NCBI GenBank assembly: GCA_963802945.1
Contig: CAWDKY010000015.1
Location: forward strand, 160,001-224,000
DNA length: 64,000 nucleotides
DNA from: an uncultured delta proteobacterium
GTDB taxonomy: Bacteria > Desulfobacterota > RBG-13-43-22
Direction of reading: 5' to 3'
Shown here: positions 57,207-64,000 of the stretch, in pieces
How the letters are laid out: every line of letters starts with the position of its first letter
Position numbering within the stretch: the stretch's first letter is position 1
Made by a program: the position numbers and the translations under genes
The notes under the pieces: model-generated
The model's database searches: none
Told to the model about the DNA's origin: nothing
The model's input: the letters and a program-made list of their open reading frames with translations, nothing else

Positions 57207-58642
57207 ATGTCTTTTCAAGAACTGGAAACTATTTTGCACCCGCGTTCAGTGGCCGTTGTCGGCGCTTCTAATAATGCCTTTTCTTTCGGATTCAGCTATT
57301 CTCATCATATGGTGGAATACGGGTTTAAAGGACCGATCTACCTGGTCAATCCCAATCATCCGGAAATTATGGGATTAAAAACCTATCCTAGTGTTAAAGC
57401 GATTCCAGGTACAGTCGACTTCGCCATTTCCTGTGTCAATGCCTCCCAGGTACCTGCTATGCTGGAAGATCTGGCAGAAAAAAACATAAAATGCGTTCAT
57501 TTGTACACCGCCCGTTTCAGTGAAACGGGTCGCCCTGAGGCAGCAGAACTCGAACAAACCGTTCTGAAGCTGGCCCGCAGCAAAGGCATCCGCCTCATCG
57601 GTCCGAATTGCATGGGTGTCTATCACCCCAAGATAGGGCTCTCTTTCGGTTTTAATCTGCCCAAGGATTCCGGGCCCGTCGGCATGATCTCCCAGACCGG
57701 AGGCGGGGCATCGGGATTTGTGCACCTGGCGTCTTTGCGTGGGATAAGATTCAGTAAGGTCATCAGCTATGGCAATGCCCTGGATTTAACCGAATGTGAT
57801 TACCTGGATTATTTTATTGAGGATCCGGAAACCAAAATCATCCTTCTTTATGTCGAGGGTGTTAAAGACGGCCGGCGGTTTTTTGATACCTTGAGACGCG
57901 CCGCCAAAGTCAAACCGGTGATTGTGATGAAAGGCGGCCGGGGGCAGGCTGGATCCCGGATGACCTTTTCTCACACCGCATCTTTGGCCGGTTCATTCCC
58001 AGTGTGGGATGCTATGGTCAAACAAACCGGGGCCGTTTCGGTGGATGACTTTGATGAGCTGATCGACCTGACGGTGGCCTTTAATTTTTTACCGCCCGTA
58101 CGAGGCAAACGGGTAGGCCTGATCGGCGGGGGGGAGGTCCCAGCGTCATTGCCGCCGAAGAGTGCGAAGGATCGGGACTGGAAGTGATCCCTATCCCACA
58201 GGACATGCGTGAAGAACTTAAAGCAAGGGGAGTCACCATCTGGGACTGGATCAGCAATCCGGTGGATCTCTCGATTGTGGGAGGATCAGGGATTACGGAT
58301 ATCGATATGCTTCATCTGATGGCCCAGCACCCGGCATTCGATGTGCTTTTCGCCAATGTCAATGAATGGGTAATCATTACCCTGGCCTCGGATGAAAGAT
58401 TCCTCACCCTAAAGGATATAGTAAAAAATCATATCATCCTGAGAGACTCCTACCCTAAACCATTCGCAGTTATCTTTGGCGAGCGTGGGGTGATCACCAA
58501 GGAATATGATGATTGGCACTGGAAGGTGATTGCCGAATCCCGGGCCGAGCTGATCCAGGCTGGTATGGCCACTTTCCCGACCTTTAGACGGGCGGCAAAG
58601 GCCATTCGCAAGGTCCAGGAGTACTACACCAGGTTAGGTTAA
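57207..58642 (+). CDS. NDP-forming acyl-CoA synthetase alpha-like CoA-binding protein (frameshift in G-run near 58130)
   Basis: PRSVAVVGAS, GPNCMG and SHTASLAG motifs; continues NPVD in a shifted frame. Confidence 0.88.
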
Positions 58643-58782
58643 TTGTGAATGCTTTCCGTTCGAAAGCTATTTGAAAGGTCGCATAAGAATGAATGCCTGA
58701 CTTGGGGCCTCTCCCTGAAGAGCAGATCTCTTTAATGGTAATCCCAATATTTAGGTCTGTCAGCTAAACATCACTAGGGAAA

Positions 58783-58919
58783 ATGATGATTGGCACTGGA
58801 AGGTGATTGCCGAATCCCGCGCTGAGTTGATCAAGGCCGGGATGGCCACCTTCCCGACCTTTAGACGGGCGGCGATGGCCATTCGCAAGGCCCGGGAGTA
58901 CTATTCCAGATTGGTTTAA
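58783..58919 (+). pseudogene. Diverged copy of the last 137 bp of the upstream ligase gene
   Basis: Colinear with 58506-58642 including the stop codon. Confidence 0.9.
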
Positions 58920-59218
58920 TAACTACCCTTCAGCCTTCGGCAAAATTAATTTTTACCACCAAGGAGAAAATGTACTATCAAAAAGGAAATTCTTATCAAA
59001 AATCAGCCTAATGACATGGTGGAATACAATATGGTTGGAATCAAATTGGGAGTTAAGGAATGAAGTTCTTTGAGTCAAAAATACATACCAAAAAAATGGC
59101 CTTTACCCCAAATTTATCCTTGCCACACCAGTTGAAATTTTCTATACTCCATTTAGAAAAAAAGGGTTTTTTTATAACTTTCTTATAATCTTACCTTTTT
59201 TAAAATAAGGAAAAAGTA

Positions 59219-59848
59219 ATGAAATTCAGTCTACTTCCAAAAGAATACCAGTTTTTTGACCTGTTCGACCGGATGTCTATTGATGCAGTCGAAGCGGCCC
59301 GATGCTTTAAGGAATTTGTGACGATCAGGCACCTTTGACGATAAGGCGAACGAGAAAATGCATAGTATTGAAGAGCGTTGTGATGAAACAACCCATGAAA
59401 TCATTGACAAACTGAATAGGACATTTATTACACCCTTTGACCGGGAAGACATCTACTCTTGGCTCATGAATTTGACAGTGTCGTGGACATCATACACGCC
59501 ATGAACAATCGTTTACGCCTCTACAACCTTAACAATACCATCAATGAAGACCTAATCCAATTTGCGGAGCTTATAGAAAAATCGGTTGACTGTCTTTCAA
59601 ACGCGGTAAGAGGTTTGCGTGATCTCAAACAGACCAGTCATATTTCAACCTGCTGCATCGAGGTCAATACCTTAGAAAATCAGGGCGATCAACTGAGGGA
59701 TGCGGTTCTCAGCAAACTTTTTCATAATAGCCTCGACCCTCTTGAAGTCATTAAATGGAAGGATATTTTCATGGATGCGGAAACCGTGCTGGATAAGTGC
59801 GAGGATGTGGCTAATATTGTTGCAGCTATTATGATTAAACAAGGGTAA
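59219..59848 (+). CDS. DUF47 phosphate-transport regulator (frameshifted)
   Basis: MKFSLLPKEYQFFDLF, TFITPFDREDI and LENQGD...DKCEDVA spread over several frames. Confidence 0.85.
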
Positions 59849-59850
59849 TA

Positions 59851-60836
59851 ATGGAGTGGAGCTTAATATTTCTGATCGTCCTGGCGCTGGCCTTTGATTT
59901 TCTTAACGGCTTTCATGATTCGCAAACTCAATAGCCACTGTTGTCTCGACCAGGGTCCTGACGCCTCGGCAGGCCGTCATCTGGGCTGCGTTTTTTAATT
60001 TTATTGCTGTTTTTTTCTTTCAATTTGCATGTGGCCGGCACGGTCGGTAAGGGAATTATCGATATCTCGGTTATCGATTCCCATATCATTTTTGCGACCC
60101 TTATCGGCGCCTGCCTCTGGGACCTGATGACCTGGTATGTGGGGCTCCCGACAAGTTCTTCCCATGCGCTCATGGGAGGAATGATAGGAGCGGCATTGGT
60201 GAAGGCAGGCACCTCTCCCCTTATCTGGAAGGGCATTCTAACTATAGTAGCCTTTATATTTATCTCTCCGGTTATGGGGCTATTGCTTGGTCTTATATTT
60301 GGTACAGTTGTATATAGGATATTTCAAAAAAAATCTCCGGCCCAAGTTGATCACTGGTTCAGGAAAGGGCAGCTTGTTTCCGCTGCACTCTATAGCCTTG
60401 GACATGGCGGAAATGACGCCCAGAAAACCATGGGCATTATTGCCGGACTTCTTTACAGCGCCGGGAGGCTTGGTCTCAATTTTATATCCCTATCTGGGTT
60501 AGGGTGGCCTGTAACACGGCCATAGCATTCGGTGTCATGGGCGGGGGATGGCGGATTGTAAAAACCATGGGACACAAAGTTACCAAGCTCAAGCCGGTTG
60601 ATGGTTTTTGCGCAGAATCCGCAGCAGCCATCAGCCTGTATTTTGCTTCCTTTATGGGAATCCCGGTCAGCACTACCCATACCATAACCGGATCGATCAT
60701 GGGCGTAGGATCTTTAAGACGATTGACCGCAGTACGCTGGGGATTGGCTGGCAAGATCGCCTGGTCTTGGATTTTGACTATTCCATTCGCGGCCGCGATA
60801 TCGGCGCTGACCTACGCCATAAGTATACGCTTCTAA
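59851..60836 (+). CDS. PiT family inorganic phosphate transporter (frameshifted)
   Basis: NGFHD, GLPTSSSHA, HGGNDAQKTMG and GIPVSTTH motifs. Confidence 0.88.
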
Positions 60837-61049
60837 AAGCCTATCGAGGCCTCTCGTCCTATTTTTATCCTTGACCGTGCCTTTTTCATTCCTTATAAAT
60901 CTTTCCATCAAAAAACAAGTTCTTGCTATCGAAATCCTTTTTCCCCTTAGAGTCCTTGCCAAAGTTATCCACAGGAACAACACTTAAAGAAGACCTCTTG
61001 CTGTCCTACGAATATTATCAAAATCCGGCTAAACTATAGGTGCATTAAA

Positions 61050-61505
61050 TTAATTAAAGGCCCAGAGCTTACTGCCCAGGAAGTTGCTCAAGGTGGTTAT
61101 AGCAATGGCTACCAATTGGGCCAGGACCTTGTGCCAAGTCCAGAAATCGACCAGGATCCACAGAACAACGATGTTAATGATATAACTCATCAAGGTGACC
61201 AGGGCATATTTCAGATACTGATCGCGGACGGCCTTGATTCCCTGGTTGTGAGTTTTAAAAGTCCAGCGGAGGTTCAGGAAAAAATTGCTGGACATGGCAA
61301 TTAGAAAAGAAAAGGTGGCTGAAAGCAGGTAGTGGACATGAAGCAAATAAATAGAACCCGAATAAACAGCCAGATTAACCAATACCCCGCTGCTGCCCAC
61401 CAGAGCGAAACGGATAAACTGATTTCCGGTGTGGCCGCTGGTCATCAGGCTGTTGACCATATAGGTCCAATTGAGTTTCGCCAAGTGTCCCTTGAATCGA
61501 TTCAC
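61050..61505 (-). CDS. GtrA family protein
   Basis: QFIRFALVG, NF.LN..WTF and NF..SKLW motifs. Confidence 0.88.
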   Translation of the reverse strand: MNRFKGHLAKLNWTYMVNSLMTSGHTGNQFIRFALVGSSGVLVNLAVYSGSIYLLHVHYLLSATFSFLIAMSSNFFLNLRWTFKTHNQGIKAVRDQYLKYALVTLMSYIINIVVLWILVDFWTWHKVLAQLVAIAITTLSNFLGSKLWAFN

Positions 61506-63820
61506 CGGCCCTCCAAAAACGGCGCCAGATGGGCCTGCAGCCGTTCCTTGTTTTTTTCCAGGGAAAGATCTTTAAGCCTTTCCTTTTGACGGGCAATAAT
61601 ATTTTCTCGAAGGTCCTGATCCTCCAGGACCAGGGCCATCAGTTCAGCAATGGCTTCGAAGTTTTTATCGGCAATGCCCAAGCCGGCTCTCCCCAAAGTT
61701 TCCGGGATACCGCCGGTTAAATAAGCAATCACCGGCAAACCAAAAAACATGCTTTCCACCAGAGGGACACAAAACCCTTCGTGCTCACTCAAACAAAGAT
61801 AGAGATGAGAGGCCGCATAATAGGTGATGAGTTCCCGAAAAGAGGCGAATCCGGCAAACAGGACTTTTTCAGTTAACTCCAACTCTTCAACCATCCTCTT
61901 GACAGCCCCGCTGTAATTGCGAACTCCGCTGTCCGTGCCGACTAAAATCAAACGGCTTTCGGGAAAAAGGCGTTTCTGAAACAGGTAAAAAACCTTGATC
62001 AGGTCTTCGATCTTTTTCTGAGGAACCAGCCGGCCGACATGAAGGATGTTGACCTTGCCATCCTGAAGACTTTTTTTAAGGGCTACCTCTTGGGCCAGAT
62101 GATAATTTTTGAAATCCAAAAAAATGGGCAAAACACCGGTCTTCCGAAATCCCGCCCGTTCCAGGTCCTGACGGTTAAAATCGGACACCCCTAAACCCAG
62201 GTCAAAATAAGGAGCCAGTTTTTTTAATTCTTCATAGCCCCAAGCGCAGCGCCTTTCCACTTCGGCATTGATCCCTTTGAAGAAGTGCGGAGGGGTGATA
62301 TTGTGATAAATCAGGATTTTTCGATCCGGAAGTCGTTTGACAAACTCCGAGAGTTCGGAACCGATGGAGAAATGAAAGATCAAGATTTTTTTAGGAGAGC
62401 CGATTTGTTGATATTCTTGAAAAGGACGGGCTATGCCGGCTAATCTGGAATGGACGTGTTGGGCGTAAATTTCAGAATCATAACCCCAATCTTTCAGGAC
62501 CTTCTGGATGCCCAAGACATCGTTGCCAATAGCATCACCGTAACTGAAATCGGGAAGCATCTGGTGAATAGAGATTTCTGACAGCCTTTGATGGCTTTTC
62601 ATGGGTTTCTCCTTCTGCTCGGATTCCCCGCTGCCTTCCAGGTCCTGCCAGGTTTTTCTGATCAATTGGATATACCGCCCGCTGATCAAACCCCAATGAA
62701 AATGGGAGAGGACATATTCCTTCCCGTTTCGGGCCATGGCCTTGGCCAAATCAGGGTTGTCTCTCATCTCCTGTAGGCATCCTTCAAATTCCAGGTAATC
62801 TTTAAAAAACAATCCTCCCTGACTGTTCTGGCAGTGTTCTACGGTTACCGGACAATGGGCGTTGACCAGGACCGGGGTCCCGCACAGCCAGGCTTCCATG
62901 ATGACAATGGAAAAACTTTCCATCACCGAAGGTTGGCAAAAAACCTCGGCCCCGCCATAGGCATCATATTTATCCTGTCTGGAGACAAAGCCCAGATCTA
63001 ATATGTCTTCCTGACTGTCGATGGGAATTTGTACCGGAAGATTCCCGATTAAAAGAAGCTTTAGGTTGGAAGGGTTGCGTTTTTTAAACAGGGCGAAATA
63101 ATTCATCAACAAAGGGGTGTTTTTCCCAGCATCCCTTCTGCCGGCATAAAGCAGGTAAGGATCTTTGATTTGAAATTTTTGGCGAAATCTTTCAGGATCG
63201 GAGCTTACTTCCGTATCAATCCCTTCGCCGAAAAGATGGGTTTGCGTCTCAGTTAAGCCATATAAACGCCGACCCAGATCCCGCTCAAACTGGGTATGAA
63301 AAACCATTCCCCGCACCCGGTGGAACAACTCACCCAGGATTTCGAGATGAGCATAACCTTCATCATGAAGGCAGGGGATAATGAAAGAATGATTCGGGTA
63401 TATCCCTGCCCCATAATAAGTGGTACTGAAAAGGTAAGGGATAAAAAATAAAAGAGTTCCCAGGCCATGAAGTCGGATGTGCTGATAAAGCAAGGGGCTA
63501 TTGATCATGTGCTGGAAAAAGAGGTCTTCCTCCTGGTAGGAAAGTTTCTCTCCGGTCATGATGCGGCGATTCAGGGCACTGAAAAGTTCCCCGTTTCGCG
63601 GGCTGACCGGGAACCTTGTGACCGGTACGCCGTTGGCTTGGGTCTCTCCGGCCGGATAATAATTTCGCGACCAGTTCCCTTCAAAGTCCTTAACACAGGT
63701 CGTCCAGACCTCCACCGAAATTCCCCGCTGATGGAGGTTCTCTATGGTTCTCCGGGCCTCGGCTTCAGCCCCTCCAGGGATATCCAGCCCATACCAGGGG
63801 CAGATAAAGGCAATTTTCAT
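61502..63820 (-). CDS. Tandem-domain family 4 (GT-B) glycosyltransferase
   Basis: Two catalytic signatures: ESFSIVIMEAW and HEGFCVPLVESM. Confidence 0.9.
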   Translation of the reverse strand: MKIAFICPWYGLDIPGGAEAEARRTIENLHQRGISVEVWTTCVKDFEGNWSRNYYPAGETQANGVPVTRFPVSPRNGELFSALNRRIMTGEKLSYQEEDLFFQHMINSPLLYQHIRLHGLGTLLFFIPYLFSTTYYGAGIYPNHSFIIPCLHDEGYAHLEILGELFHRVRGMVFHTQFERDLGRRLYGLTETQTHLFGEGIDTEVSSDPERFRQKFQIKDPYLLYAGRRDAGKNTPLLMNYFALFKKRNPSNLKLLLIGNLPVQIPIDSQEDILDLGFVSRQDKYDAYGGAEVFCQPSVMESFSIVIMEAWLCGTPVLVNAHCPVTVEHCQNSQGGLFFKDYLEFEGCLQEMRDNPDLAKAMARNGKEYVLSHFHWGLISGRYIQLIRKTWQDLEGSGESEQKEKPMKSHQRLSEISIHQMLPDFSYGDAIGNDVLGIQKVLKDWGYDSEIYAQHVHSRLAGIARPFQEYQQIGSPKKILIFHFSIGSELSEFVKRLPDRKILIYHNITPPHFFKGINAEVERRCAWGYEELKKLAPYFDLGLGVSDFNRQDLERAGFRKTGVLPIFLDFKNYHLAQEVALKKSLQDGKVNILHVGRLVPQKKIEDLIKVFYLFQKRLFPESRLILVGTDSGVRNYSGAVKRMVEELELTEKVLFAGFASFRELITYYAASHLYLCLSEHEGFCVPLVESMFFGLPVIAYLTGGIPETLGRAGLGIADKNFEAIAELMALVLEDQDLRENIIARQKERLKDLSLEKNKERLQAHLAPFLEGR

Positions 63821-64000
63821 TTCGATTCTTCTGGTCTGTTTGGTCTATTTTGATTGTTTTGTTAATGTGAGGTGGGAGTCACTGGCCCTAAGTATTTTTT
63901 TTGCACCTATGGCCTAAAACCTTTTGCCTTATGCCTCCTGCCTATTTATATCCCAACACCGCATAATCCTGAAATCCATACAACAGGACATTGAGACCCC

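Overview
About 64 kb of bacterial chromosome. Gene content and repeat families suggest an anaerobic Desulfobacterota/'deltaproteobacterial' organism (inference). It contains: an organic-acid uptake and catabolism region (metallo-lactonase, SDRs, branched-chain-type ABC transporter, acetoacetate-CoA ligase); housekeeping genes (ilvD, amrS, cysK-cysS fusion, glmS, truncated glmU, DUF47/PiT); a CoA-transferase/acyl-CoA ligase block; and an accessory island at about 36.9-45.1 kb (orphan antitoxin, NspV-like R-M system, genes spaced by a 107-bp repeat). There is no tRNA, rRNA, CRISPR array, transposase or integrase. Many single-base frameshifts in conserved genes point to assembly indel errors. Features the ORF track misses: a UGA-selenocysteine PrdB/GrdB-like protein; a histone-H1-like Lys/Ala peptide under a promoter with tandem NrdR-like boxes; a patatin gene with integron-cassette hallmarks (attI-like site, complementary R'/R'', attC) but no integrase; attC remnants around the R-M system; and several MITE/REP-like repeats and gene stubs. 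All assignments come from reading the sequence; no database searches were run.
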